Positions 19,278 to 28,576 of a stretch of 44,586 nucleotides of DNA are shown here, piece by piece. Below the pieces are notes generated by a model. It worked only from the letters and a program-made list of their open reading frames with translations. It was not told the DNA's origin and did not search any database. This DNA is from Acidimicrobiales bacterium (GTDB lineage: Bacteria > Actinomycetota > Acidimicrobiia > Acidimicrobiales > Aldehydirespiratoraceae): positions 1-44,586 of the forward strand of contig JBDQKM010000003.1 in NCBI GenBank assembly GCA_040263275.1, read 5' to 3'. The position numbers were made by a program, and so were the translations under genes. Each line of letters begins with the position of its first letter. The stretch's first letter is position 1.

Positions 19278-20125
19278 CGGACCGCGGGGGCGTACCCGAT
19301 GGTGGTCCGGTGCAACAGCCGCTCGTGGCCGTCGTAGCCCCCGGTCGCCCGATGGAGCACGCACCGGTTGTCCCACATGACCAGCATGTCGGGCTGCCAG
19401 CGATGCACGTAGCGGAACTCCTCGCGGGTCTGCCACGCGTAGAGCTCGCCCAGCAGCGCGCCGGCCTCCTCGTCGTCCATGCCCTCGATGCCGACGATGT
19501 AGCCGAACGTGCTGTAGAGCGTGGCGGCACCGGTCTCGGGATGCGTGCGGATCAACGGGTGGAGCTGGGTGGCGTAGGCCTCGTCGCTGACGACGATCCT
19601 CATCGCCCGCGGTTGCTCGTCGCCCTCGCCGTAGAGCCCGTCGGGCGCGTAGGCACGGCGGGCCGAGTGGACGGCCCGGAGGCCCTCGATCCGTGACCGC
19701 AGATCGGGGGGCATCTCCGCGAGCGCGAGCTCCTGGTCGGCGAACTCCGTGTGGCCGCCCACGGGAGGGATCACCTTTCCGTACAGGCAGGTGCCGTCCG
19801 GGGGGAACTCCTGGAAAGTCCAGTCGGCGTGCCACGACTCGGCGAATATCGGCGCGGTCTCTTCGGCGGCCCGATGGATGGCGGCGATGTGGGGGTGTCC
19901 GTCGATGGCCTCGAAGAAGGGGTCACGGCCGAAGGGCCCGAAGCGGAGCGTGAACCGCTCGAGATCGTCGTCGGTCATGGACTGCTCGGGGAACACCAGC
20001 ACCTTGTGGTCGAGCCATGCGTCCCGGATCGCGGCCACCGTCTCGTCGCCGAGCGGCTCGCCGAGATCGACCCCGCGCACTTCGGCACCACACGCCTGTC
20101 CGCTCGGCCGCACATCGAGAACCAT
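19268..20125 (-). CDS. TauD/TfdA family dioxygenase (second copy)
   Basis: WHADWTF (HxD), GGHTEFAD, HPLIRTHPETG, WDNRCVLHRATGGY, RLLHRTT. Confidence 0.92.
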   Translation of the reverse strand: MVLDVRPSGQACGAEVRGVDLGEPLGDETVAAIRDAWLDHKVLVFPEQSMTDDDLERFTLRFGPFGRDPFFEAIDGHPHIAAIHRAAEETAPIFAESWHADWTFQEFPPDGTCLYGKVIPPVGGHTEFADQELALAEMPPDLRSRIEGLRAVHSARRAYAPDGLYGEGDEQPRAMRIVVSDEAYATQLHPLIRTHPETGAATLYSTFGYIVGIEGMDDEEAGALLGELYAWQTREEFRYVHRWQPDMLVMWDNRCVLHRATGGYDGHERLLHRTTIGYAPAVRQG

Positions 20126-20134
20126 GGTGCGACC

Positions 20135-20773
20135 CTATGCGACGAGTCGGGCCTCGACCCCGGCCACGAGCACGTCGAGGTCGAACGCGAAGGCGTCGTC
20201 GTTGTCGACTCCGGTCACCGCATCCAGGGCCGCGGCCATGGCCGGCCGCTCGACGGGAGCAGCGTCACCGGCCGAGGACCGGGTCGCCGCCGCGACCCGG
20301 CCGACCGAGGACTGCCCCGACGGCCCGGTACTCACCGCGATCCGGGCTGCCAGCCACAGGGTGTGACCGGCTTCCGCGGGAGTCAGGCCCGCATCGAGGA
20401 GCAGCCCGATGCCGCGTTCGGTGATCTCGAGCTGGGTGACGTCGAGTCCATCGCGGATCGCGTCGACGAGCTCGCCGCCGACGAAGCCGAGCTCGACCCG
20501 AAGCCGTGTCGACCACGCCCGGAGCCAGGTCTGCCAGTCGTCGCCGTCGACGGGAGCGACCATGGTGCGACCGATGACGGTTGCCGCGCCGAGGCGCACG
20601 ACCTCGTCGCGACCGGCGACATGCGTGTACAGCGCCGGGGTGGTGACGCCGAGACGAGCCGCCACGTCGTCCATCGAGAACCGGTCGAGACCGATCTCGA
20701 TCGCGGTGTCGACCACTCGACTTCGGGAGATCTTCGGCGGTCGTCCCCGCTTCGCTGCGGTCTGGTTCGACAT
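20135..20773 (-). CDS. TetR/AcrR family transcriptional regulator
   Basis: RGRPPKISRSRVVDTA..IGLDRFSMDDVAARLGVTTPALYTHV HTH; C-terminal FAFDLDVLVAG. Confidence 0.88.
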   Translation of the reverse strand: MSNQTAAKRGRPPKISRSRVVDTAIEIGLDRFSMDDVAARLGVTTPALYTHVAGRDEVVRLGAATVIGRTMVAPVDGDDWQTWLRAWSTRLRVELGFVGGELVDAIRDGLDVTQLEITERGIGLLLDAGLTPAEAGHTLWLAARIAVSTGPSGQSSVGRVAAATRSSAGDAAPVERPAMAAALDAVTGVDNDDAFAFDLDVLVAGVEARLVA

Positions 20774-20857
20774 CGCCCGGCATCTTAACTTAATCTCTTC
20801 ACTAATTCGCCAATGCGGACCACCGCAGCCGGGTCGAACAAGGAAGGGCCTTCTCCC
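20774..20857. promoter_or_regulatory. AT-rich divergent promoter region between tetR and cyp
   Basis: TTAACTTAA palindrome at 20785-20793; minus-strand TAAGAT 8 nt before the tetR ATG; AAGGAAGG RBS before the P450 GTG. Confidence 0.5.
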
Positions 20858-22048
20858 GTGACGACGACCGACGACCTCTACGAGCTGCGCGGCGGTGAGA
20901 CCTGGCGCGCGCCCTGGGACGACTACCGGCGCCTCCGCGACGAATCGCCGACGCACCGCGTCGCCCACCCGGTCCACGGCGACTTCTACGTCCTGTCGCG
21001 GTTCGAGGACGTGTTCAACGCGGCGCGCGACACCACGACCTTCTCCTCGGCCAAGGGCCTGACTCCCGATGCCGAAGGGGCGGCCATGTTCAGCGACGAC
21101 GCACGGCCGATCGTGATGATGGACCCGCCCGAGCACACCGACATGCGCCGGCTGGTGAGCAAGCCGATGACGCCGCGTCGGGTCGCGTCGATCGAGGAGA
21201 GCGTTCGTGCCTTCGTCGACGAACGGCTCGACCGGGTTGCGGCGCACGACGAGTGCGACATCGTCGAGGAGCTCTTCAAGCCCCTTCCCAGCTTCGTCGT
21301 GGCGCACTATCTCGGCGTGCCCGTCGCCGATCGCGAACGCTTCGACCGCTGGACCAACGCGATCGTCTCCGCCACTGCGTCGGCCGACTTCGAGACCGCC
21401 TCCGACGCCTTCATGGAACTCTTCGCCTACGGCGACGAGCTCATCGAGCGACGGACCCGCGAACCCGGCGACGACCTGGTGTCGGGACTCGTGGAGGTCG
21501 GCCCGGAAGTGGCCACCCCCGGGTGGATCATCGGCTTCGTCTTCACGATGGTCACCGGCGGCAACGACACCACCACCGGGCTGCTCAGCGGCGCGGCCGA
21601 GCTACTCACGGCCCGCCGCGATCAACGACGGCTCCTGCTCGACGACCCGAGCCTCGTTCGACCTTCGGTCGACGAGTTCCTTCGTCTGACCTCGCCGGTA
21701 CAGAACCTCGCTCGCACCACCACCCGCCCGGTCGAGATCCACGACACGACCATCCCCGCCGACACCAAGGTGATGCTGCTCTACGGTTCGGCCAACCGCG
21801 ATGAACGGGAGTACGGCGACGACGCCGGCGAACTCGACGTCACCCGCGATCTCGACCGGATCCTCAGCCTCGGCTACGGCGCACACCACTGCCTCGGCGC
21901 CGCGGCGGCCCGACTGCAGGCCGCGGTCGCGCTCGAGCGACTCCTCGACCGCTTCCCCGACTTCGCCGTCGACGCCGACGCGGGCCGATTCGCTCCCGGC
22001 GCCTTCGTGCGTCGCTACGAGTCGTTGCCCTTCACGCCGGCGTCGTGA
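20858..22048 (+). CDS. Cytochrome P450, CYP130-like
   Basis: MDPPEHT, ELFKPLPSFVVAHYLGVP, FTMVTGGNDTT (I-helix), EFLR (ExxR), YGSANRDER, GAHHCLGAAAAR (heme Cys). These segments match my recollection of M. tuberculosis CYP130. Confidence 0.93.
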   Translation: MTTTDDLYELRGGETWRAPWDDYRRLRDESPTHRVAHPVHGDFYVLSRFEDVFNAARDTTTFSSAKGLTPDAEGAAMFSDDARPIVMMDPPEHTDMRRLVSKPMTPRRVASIEESVRAFVDERLDRVAAHDECDIVEELFKPLPSFVVAHYLGVPVADRERFDRWTNAIVSATASADFETASDAFMELFAYGDELIERRTREPGDDLVSGLVEVGPEVATPGWIIGFVFTMVTGGNDTTTGLLSGAAELLTARRDQRRLLLDDPSLVRPSVDEFLRLTSPVQNLARTTTRPVEIHDTTIPADTKVMLLYGSANRDEREYGDDAGELDVTRDLDRILSLGYGAHHCLGAAAARLQAAVALERLLDRFPDFAVDADAGRFAPGAFVRRYESLPFTPAS

Positions 22049-23426
22049 CACCGACGGCGGCTGCCGTCATCACCGACCGACCGAATGCGCGCTCGACGTG
22101 GGTCGTCATCGCCGCGCCGGCGAGGCCACCGAGTCGGGCTCGACCCTCGGCCCGCAGGCTCGTGATCGTCATCACGGCGGACCCCGCCTCGTCCTCGACG
22201 ACCGCCACCCCCACCCGATGCTCCCGCATGTGGTCGATCATCGCCTCGAAGCTGGTCGGGGCGATCCGACACGATCGTTCGACCCGGATGCGGAACGGCA
22301 CGCCGCAAGCGTCGATCTCGGCGAGGGGCCGGCCATCCACTTCGCCGAGCACGAGGACGTCGGCGCGTCGGTTCGACGGGAGGTTCTCGACCGCGACCCC
22401 CGGGTCGATCTCGACGACCGCCACCGGCACCTGCCGCGGCGACGTGGTGTCGACCCGGTAGCGAGGCGAGGCCATCAGCTCGTTGTTGAGCTCCCGAAGG
22501 CCTTCCTTGGCCTCGGCCCCTCCGCCGGAGGAGAAGAAGCGACGTCCCTGATGCCAGATCTCGACGGTGCGGTCGAGCACCATCAGCGCACCGGCCGTGT
22601 GGAGCCGGTAGCCGTACTCCGTGTCCTCGATGCCACGGCGCCCGAGCTCGCGAAGACCACCGACCTGCTCGTGGAGCCGGCGGGGTACGCACATCACGGC
22701 TCCGACGGTGACGCTGAAGATCTCCGGATCCTCCACCGTCATGTCGTCGGTGCGGGCGAAGTGGGGGTCACGCCACGCCTGGTCGTTCCACTCGACCGGG
22801 GCGACGAGCTCGGCCAACCGGCCTGCTGCCACCGCGGTGTCGACCACCGCGGCACCGACGGCCTCGACGTCGAAGAAGCCGAGCACGGCGGTCACCACCG
22901 ACGCCGGATCGGCAGCCCACCAACGGGCGAGGCGCGAAACGGCGGTGGGGCCGACGACCACGTCGGCGTCGAGGAAGAGGAGCACGTCGCCGCTCGCCAT
23001 CGCGGCACCGGCGTTGCGGGCCCTCCCCGCGCCGAACGACGCCGACGCGTCCTGCTGGAGCAGACGGACACCGTCGGGCACGACGAGGGGCGGCGACGAG
23101 GCGTCGTCGACCACGATGACTTCCAGTCGATCGCCCGGGTGGTCCTGGCGTTCCAGGGAGGCGAGAAGCCGGTCGAGTTCGACCTGCCCGTCACGGACCG
23201 GGATCACGACCGAGACGTGCGGTGGGGTCGCATCGGGGGCGAGCACCAGATGGTGCCAGGAGTTGCCGACCACGACGGGCGGCGCATCGGCCGGATCGAC
23301 CATCGCGACGCGGGCGCCGCGCATCGGGAGCGCTGCCAGTCGACGAGTCCGCCAGCGAAGACGGAGACGACGCAGGGCCGATCGCAAGGAGGCCGGTCTC
23401 GGAGATCCCGATGTCAGCAAGGACAC
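22032..23426 (-). CDS. Glycosyltransferase family 2
   Basis: VSVVIPVRD, VIVVDDAS, GAGRARNAG, LFLDADV (DxD), GIEDTEYGYRL. -10 TAGCGT lies 6 nt before the GTG. Confidence 0.88.
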   Translation of the reverse strand: MSLLTSGSPRPASLRSALRRLRLRWRTRRLAALPMRGARVAMVDPADAPPVVVGNSWHHLVLAPDATPPHVSVVIPVRDGQVELDRLLASLERQDHPGDRLEVIVVDDASSPPLVVPDGVRLLQQDASASFGAGRARNAGAAMASGDVLLFLDADVVVGPTAVSRLARWWAADPASVVTAVLGFFDVEAVGAAVVDTAVAAGRLAELVAPVEWNDQAWRDPHFARTDDMTVEDPEIFSVTVGAVMCVPRRLHEQVGGLRELGRRGIEDTEYGYRLHTAGALMVLDRTVEIWHQGRRFFSSGGGAEAKEGLRELNNELMASPRYRVDTTSPRQVPVAVVEIDPGVAVENLPSNRRADVLVLGEVDGRPLAEIDACGVPFRIRVERSCRIAPTSFEAMIDHMREHRVGVAVVEDEAGSAVMTITSLRAEGRARLGGLAGAAMTTHVERAFGRSVMTAAAVGVTTPA

Positions 23427-23454
23427 GCCGCGACGCTAGCGGTCGCCCGGAGGG

Positions 23455-24597
23455 TCACCCGTCGACACCGGCGAAGGGGAGGTCGAGTCCCGGTCGCTGG
23501 TCGACCGAGGCGTCGAGGAAGTAGGCGTCGGGGGCGTGCCACGTGTGGCCGCCGGTCGACTCCGGCGGCCGCCGGCGGAGGACGAACTGGAATCCGTGGG
23601 TGCGATAGCTCGATCCGCCCTGGGCGAGGATCTCGTCGATCAACAGCCCGTCGACCCGACGGGGACCGGCCGGCCAACCCCCGATACGGCGAAGGGTCGC
23701 GGTCTCGAGGAGGAGCGTGCCGCCGGCCAGCGTGGTCGAGTAGTGCTCGGCCCCGGTCGCGTAGCGACGGATCGTCGTGTCGATCGCCTCGAGGTGGACG
23801 AACTCGGCCGCCTTCCCCACGATCTGGGCACCCGAGTAGGCCAGCGCCGCCACCAGGTCGGCGAGATGGTCACGGCCGTAGTGGTCGTCGTCGTCCCACT
23901 TGCTGACGTATGCGCCATCGGCCCGCCGCCCGAGTCGGTCGAGCATCGTCCCCAGGTCGACCTCGTCGGCGAAGCGCTCCACCACCACGCCCTCCACCGC
24001 TCCACCGGCCTCGAGGGTCGACTCGATGTCGTCGGGCCAGTCGTCGCCGTGGAGCCCGACGCACAACTGGACCCGGCAGCCGCGCTGGTCGCGGACCATC
24101 GCGACGGCATCGGGCAGGTCCGCCGGCCGGCGGGTGGCGAGGAGCACTGAGATCAGGGGTTCGGGTGCGGTTGACCTGAGCGCGACCCGCCGGAGTTCGA
24201 CCGAGTGCCGTTCGCGCTCGAGCGAATCGGCCGGGTCGAACGGGGGTCGTTCGATCACCGCCACGAGCTCGGGCGGGAGCGCATCGCGCAGGGCGGCCGA
24301 CATGGACTCGCTCGTCAGCGGGGCGCCGGCGCGGGCCAGCATCTCGATGCCGGCTGCGGTGTCGGCCCCGAGGGCGGGAGCCAACCGCACCGAACCTGCT
24401 CGCCGAGCCCGCCCCACCAGGCGTCGAAAGGGACGCGACATCGGATCGGGGACGATCGCCAACTCAAGGACCGGCCGGCCGGCCTCCTGCGGAAACCCGA
24501 TGGGGGTGCCGAATCGGCGGGCGCGGTGACGCCAGGCCCGCATGCCGGCGACGGCCCGGGATCGTACGGCGCCGAGCCGGGCCAGCAGCCGGGTCAT
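23455..24597 (-). CDS. Glycosyltransferase family 2-like (GT-A fold)
   Basis: ISVLLATRRP, YVSKWDDDDHYGRDHLADL, IVGKAAEF, LAGGTL; downstream of wzm/wzt. Confidence 0.78.
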   Translation of the reverse strand: MTRLLARLGAVRSRAVAGMRAWRHRARRFGTPIGFPQEAGRPVLELAIVPDPMSRPFRRLVGRARRAGSVRLAPALGADTAAGIEMLARAGAPLTSESMSAALRDALPPELVAVIERPPFDPADSLERERHSVELRRVALRSTAPEPLISVLLATRRPADLPDAVAMVRDQRGCRVQLCVGLHGDDWPDDIESTLEAGGAVEGVVVERFADEVDLGTMLDRLGRRADGAYVSKWDDDDHYGRDHLADLVAALAYSGAQIVGKAAEFVHLEAIDTTIRRYATGAEHYSTTLAGGTLLLETATLRRIGGWPAGPRRVDGLLIDEILAQGGSSYRTHGFQFVLRRRPPESTGGHTWHAPDAYFLDASVDQRPGLDLPFAGVDG

Positions 24598-24604
24598 CAG
24601 CGAC

Positions 24605-25372
24605 TCAGACGCTCTCTTCGTAGGCCGCGACCACGTCGACGGCCGGACCCTCCGTCCGGAGCACACCCTGGTCGAGCCAGATCGCCCGGCTGCACGAGTC
24701 GGTGATCTCCTTCAGGCTGTGCGAGACCATGATCACGGTGCCGGCCTCGTCACGGATCTGGTTCACGCGTTCGAGGCTGCGGGTGCGGAACTCCATGTCA
24801 CCCACTGCGAGGGCCTCGTCGATCAGGAGGATCTCGGGCACGCGAAGCGTGGCGATCGAGAACGCGAGCCGGGCCTGCATACCGGAGGAGTAGGTCTGCA
24901 TCGGCCGGCCCATCGCATCGCCGAGACCGGAGAACTCGATGACACCCTCCATCTCGGCGTCGATCTCCTCGCGGGTCAGACCCATCGCCAGCCCGCCGAG
25001 CATCACGTTGCGGTAGCCGGAGAGGGCCGGCTTGAGCGCGGCACCGACCCCGAGCAGACCGGTCCGGCCCCGGACCTCGATCAGCCCACTCGTGAGCGAC
25101 TGCAGGCCGGCGATCGCCCGCAGCAGGGATGACTTGCCCGACCCGTTGGAACCGACGATGCCCAACGCTTCGCCGGCGTGGACCTGGAACGACACGTCGT
25201 CGACGGCATGGACATCGACCGACTGACGACCGCGGAACCCGCGACTGACCATCTGGCGGGCGCTGAAGAAGTTGTCCTGGAAGACCCGGTACCGGATGTC
25301 GGCATGGACCACGTTGACGCTCACCGGGGGCGCGGCGTCGGCCTCGACGGTTGCGGGTGCGACCTCAGACAC
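24605..25372 (-). CDS. ABC transporter ATP-binding protein, Wzt/TagH type
   Basis: GSNGSGKS Walker A, YSSGMQARLAFS signature, ILLIDEALAVGD Walker B, VSH. GTG 25372 overlaps the permease stop. Confidence 0.92.
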   Translation of the reverse strand: MSEVAPATVEADAAPPVSVNVVHADIRYRVFQDNFFSARQMVSRGFRGRQSVDVHAVDDVSFQVHAGEALGIVGSNGSGKSSLLRAIAGLQSLTSGLIEVRGRTGLLGVGAALKPALSGYRNVMLGGLAMGLTREEIDAEMEGVIEFSGLGDAMGRPMQTYSSGMQARLAFSIATLRVPEILLIDEALAVGDMEFRTRSLERVNQIRDEAGTVIMVSHSLKEITDSCSRAIWLDQGVLRTEGPAVDVVAAYEESV

Positions 25373-26213
25373 GGGCGTAGCGCTCCTCTGCGGCCCGGAA
25401 GAACAGGAAGCCGCCCACACACAGCGCGAAGGACCACACCGTGCCCGACAGCACGACCCACAGGTCGAGGTCGCCGCCCATCATCGCCCAGCGGCCGATC
25501 GTGATGAAGCAGTACATCGGGTTGAGGACGAACAACACCCGCACGCCAGAACCCTCGTCGACGTAGGACGTGACGTTGAAGATCACCCCCGACGCGTAGA
25601 GCACGAGCCGGAAGAAGAACGGCAGGATCTGGATGACGTCGACGAAGTGGGTGGTCAGCCGGGCGGCGATGAACGACGCGCCCAGATTGAAGACGAACTG
25701 GACCGCCAGCAGCGGGACCAGGACCAGCCAACGCGGCGACGGCGTCTCACCCGTGAGAAGGGCGATCACGAACAGCACCGCGAACGACGACAACGCCGAC
25801 AGCATCTCCGTGACGGCACCGGTGACGGGGAGCATCGCCCGAGGGAACTTGATCGCCCGGAGGAGCCCCTTGTTGCTGACGATCGACCGGGCCCCGTCGG
25901 TGGTCGTCTTCTGGGTGAGCTGGAAGATGAACAACCCGGTCGAGAGGAACAGGATGAAGTTGTCGACGCCCCGGTCGACCTTCAGCAGGAGCCCGAAGAT
26001 GAGGAAGTAGACGAAGATGTTGAGGGCCGGGTTGAGCAGATGCCAGAGGTTGCCGAGGACATTGGTGACCTGGCGGCTGCGCAATTCACTGACCGACTCG
26101 TACCAGACGTAGCTGCGCCGTTCCCACAGATCGCGGAGATAGGGCCCGAGCCGCATCGCCGCATGGGCGTCGTGGAGCTCGGGCGGGAAGTCGCCGCGGG
26201 AAGTCGCAGACAT
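25365..26213 (-). CDS. ABC-2 permease, Wzm/TagG type (glycan export)
   Basis: LGNLWHLLNP, AIKFPRAMLP, YASGVIF, LNPMY, FFRAAEERY. -10 TAGTCT lies 7 nt before the ATG. Confidence 0.9.
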   Translation of the reverse strand: MSATSRGDFPPELHDAHAAMRLGPYLRDLWERRSYVWYESVSELRSRQVTNVLGNLWHLLNPALNIFVYFLIFGLLLKVDRGVDNFILFLSTGLFIFQLTQKTTTDGARSIVSNKGLLRAIKFPRAMLPVTGAVTEMLSALSSFAVLFVIALLTGETPSPRWLVLVPLLAVQFVFNLGASFIAARLTTHFVDVIQILPFFFRLVLYASGVIFNVTSYVDEGSGVRVLFVLNPMYCFITIGRWAMMGGDLDLWVVLSGTVWSFALCVGGFLFFRAAEERYARV

Positions 26214-26332
26214 CCGGGGGAGACTACCAAAGCGACCCTTCACACAAGCCGCCGCGTGCGGCGCGCCACAACCGGGCTCGGAGCGAGCAGACTGGGCTCG
26301 TGCGGTTCCGACCACCCAACAGTGCGCGCAGC

Positions 26333-27022
26333 ATGTTGATCATGCTCGCCGTCGGCGGCCTCATCGCGGTGCTCGTTCCCATCTGGCTCGCCGACCGGGC
26401 CCGCTCCTGGATCCGGACACGACGTCGGCGGGGGTCGACCGTGCCTCTCGAGCGGGTCGCCCTGGCCGACGGTCGCAGCCTCGCCGAGGTGATGGACGCG
26501 GGACGCCCGGTCATCATCACCGACCTCTACGACGCGCTCGACCTGACCACGGCTCCCGACCTCACCGGTCTGCGTTCGCTCGCCTCGGCCGGGACGTTTC
26601 GCGTCAAACGCCATCGCGCCGATGCGCCTTACTTCCTCTATGTGGGCGACTACGGCGCCGAGAAGCTCCGCACCGACGAGATGGCGATCGGTCCGTTCCT
26701 CGACGATCTCTTCGGCGAGACGACCGACGACGGCGAGGTCTGCACCTACAAGCTGTTCGCCATCGACGAACTCGACGGCCGCATCGGCGGGATCATCGGC
26801 GAGATGGCCGAGCAGCTCGAGACGCTCGGGCAGCGGCGCGCCGACCCGGCGGCGAGCGGCATCTGGATCGGTTCCCGCGGCGTCACCACCCCCCTGCACC
26901 ACGACGCGTGGACCGGACTGCTGTTCCAACCCGTGGGCTCGAAGCGGGTGGCGATGTATGCGCCCGTCGACCGCAGCAACATCTACTTCTCGTCACCGTT
27001 CCGACCCACGAGCCGCTGGACC
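26333..27022 (+). pseudogene. Cupin-like/JmjC (cupin_8) protein with N-terminal hydrophobic segment, 3'-truncated
   Basis: GRPVIITD, GIWIGSRGVTTPLHHDAWTGLLFQPVGSKRVAMYAP (HxD), NIYF. The distal L.PGD.LFIP..W.H motif is absent, and the frame runs on without a stop into antisense sequence. Confidence 0.72.
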
Positions 27023-27505
27023 GGACCGCGCTTCCGCCTGCTCGCGTCGGACGTATTCGACGAGCGCCACCACCCCGACCACCACGCACAACGTCGCCAA
27101 CGAGTACCCGCGTACGGCTCGGGACTGGGTCACGAACATCGGGTTGAGCATCAGCACCGCGCCCGCCGCGGCGCCGGCCAGCAGGCCGAACCGGCGGGCG
27201 GCCCAGCCCGCGAGCAACGCGACGGCGAGAGCGCCGTAGAGCACCGGGAACAGACGCTGCCGGGCCTCGCCCTCACCCCCGATGGCCCACCACACCGACT
27301 GCCAGGAGGCGAAGATCGGGTGGTTGTTGAACACCGTCGTGTCGGTGAACGGGACGACGGCGGACCCCCGGCTGATCGTCGAGGCGATGGAGACACCCTC
27401 GTCGTAGTCGAAACTCCGGCTGATCTCGCCGGCGAGGAGCACGGTGGTCGCGAGGCCGAAGACCGCGGCGAGAAGCTGTTCGCTGTACCGACGCCACCAG
27501 ACCAC
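27023..27505 (-). pseudogene. Glycosyltransferase family 39 / PMT-like (GT-C) protein, 3'-truncated
   Basis: SFDYDEGVS (DE motif), NNHP, RLFPVLYG, LNPMFVTQSRAVRGYSL. Only ~160 plausible residues precede the junction (ORF stop at 26993). -10 TAGGTT lies 6 nt before the GTG. Confidence 0.72.
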
Positions 27506-27575
27506 GGGTGCAACCTATCCGCGGCGGCGGGGCCGCCATGGCCGAGCCCGCAACGCGGCCCGCTATGGTCGCGGC

Positions 27576-28439
27576 GTGCCGGACACGTGCAGCTGGATCG
27601 TGCTGACCATGGGCGATCGACCCGCCGATGTGGCAACGGCGATCGACTCCATCGAGGCCCAATCGGTGCCGGCGGAGGAGGTCCTGCTCGTCGGCAACGG
27701 CGCCGATCCCGGAGCGATCGACGGTGTACGCACGCTGCATCTGCCCGCGAACCTCGGGGTCACCGGCGGTCGCAATGCGGGCGCCGATGCGGCAACGGGC
27801 GACATCCTCTTCTTCCTCGACGACGACGCCCGCTGCGCCGGCCCCGACGTCGCCGCGCACGTGCTCGCGGTCTTCTCCGCGCGGCCCGAGGTCGCCGCCG
27901 TCTCGTTTCGGATCACCGACGCCGACATCGGGGCCACCGCCCGTCGCCATGTCCCCCGTCTTCGCGCCGGCGACCCGAACCGCAGCAGCGACGTCACCAC
28001 GTTCCTCGGCGGCGCGTGTGCCATCCGACGCGCCGACTTCCTGGCAGCCGGGGGGTACCCCGACGAGTTCTTCTACGCCATGGAGGAGACCGACCTCGCC
28101 TGGGCCCTGCTGGATCGGGGGCGGGCGATCCACTATCTGGCGACGGCCGAGGTCCATCACCCGGCAACCGAACCGGCCCGCCACGGCCACGCCTTCGTCT
28201 CGACCGCCCGCAACCGGGTCTGGCTCGCCCACCGCCGACTGCCCCGGACGCTCGTGCCCGTGTACCTGTCGGTGTGGACGTTCCTGATGCTGATGAGGGC
28301 TCCGAGCACCCGAGCCCGCCGCGACATCGTCCGGGGACTCCGGGCCGGCATGCGCCGACGGACACCCCGGCCGATCGACCGGATGTCGTGGCGCACCGTC
28401 GTGCGGATGACCCGGCTCGGCCGGCCGCCGGTCATCTGA
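27576..28439 (+). CDS. Glycosyltransferase family 2
   Basis: NLGVTGGRNAG, FFLDDDA, FLGGACAIRR, FFYAMEETDLAW, ARNRVWLA. -10 TATGGT lies 6 nt before the GTG. Confidence 0.9.
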   Translation: MPDTCSWIVLTMGDRPADVATAIDSIEAQSVPAEEVLLVGNGADPGAIDGVRTLHLPANLGVTGGRNAGADAATGDILFFLDDDARCAGPDVAAHVLAVFSARPEVAAVSFRITDADIGATARRHVPRLRAGDPNRSSDVTTFLGGACAIRRADFLAAGGYPDEFFYAMEETDLAWALLDRGRAIHYLATAEVHHPATEPARHGHAFVSTARNRVWLAHRRLPRTLVPVYLSVWTFLMLMRAPSTRARRDIVRGLRAGMRRRTPRPIDRMSWRTVVRMTRLGRPPVI

Positions 28440-28576
28440 AGATCGAGGGCGCGGCACCCGCAAGGACGAGCCGCTCGATGACCAGCCTCGCCGGGCGAAC
28501 CGGAGGGCGCGATGATGACCTTCGACTCGTCGGCTGCCACCGATGGCGGACGACGCACCGAACCGGAGCCAGCCCC

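Noticed and set aside
7273-22048. Secondary-metabolite biosynthetic gene cluster (P450, two TauD, sulfotransferase, SDRs, ABM)
   Set aside because: There is no scaffold-forming enzyme (PKS, NRPS, terpene synthase, RiPP maturase). Mixed orientations and separate promoters suggest independent catabolic units.
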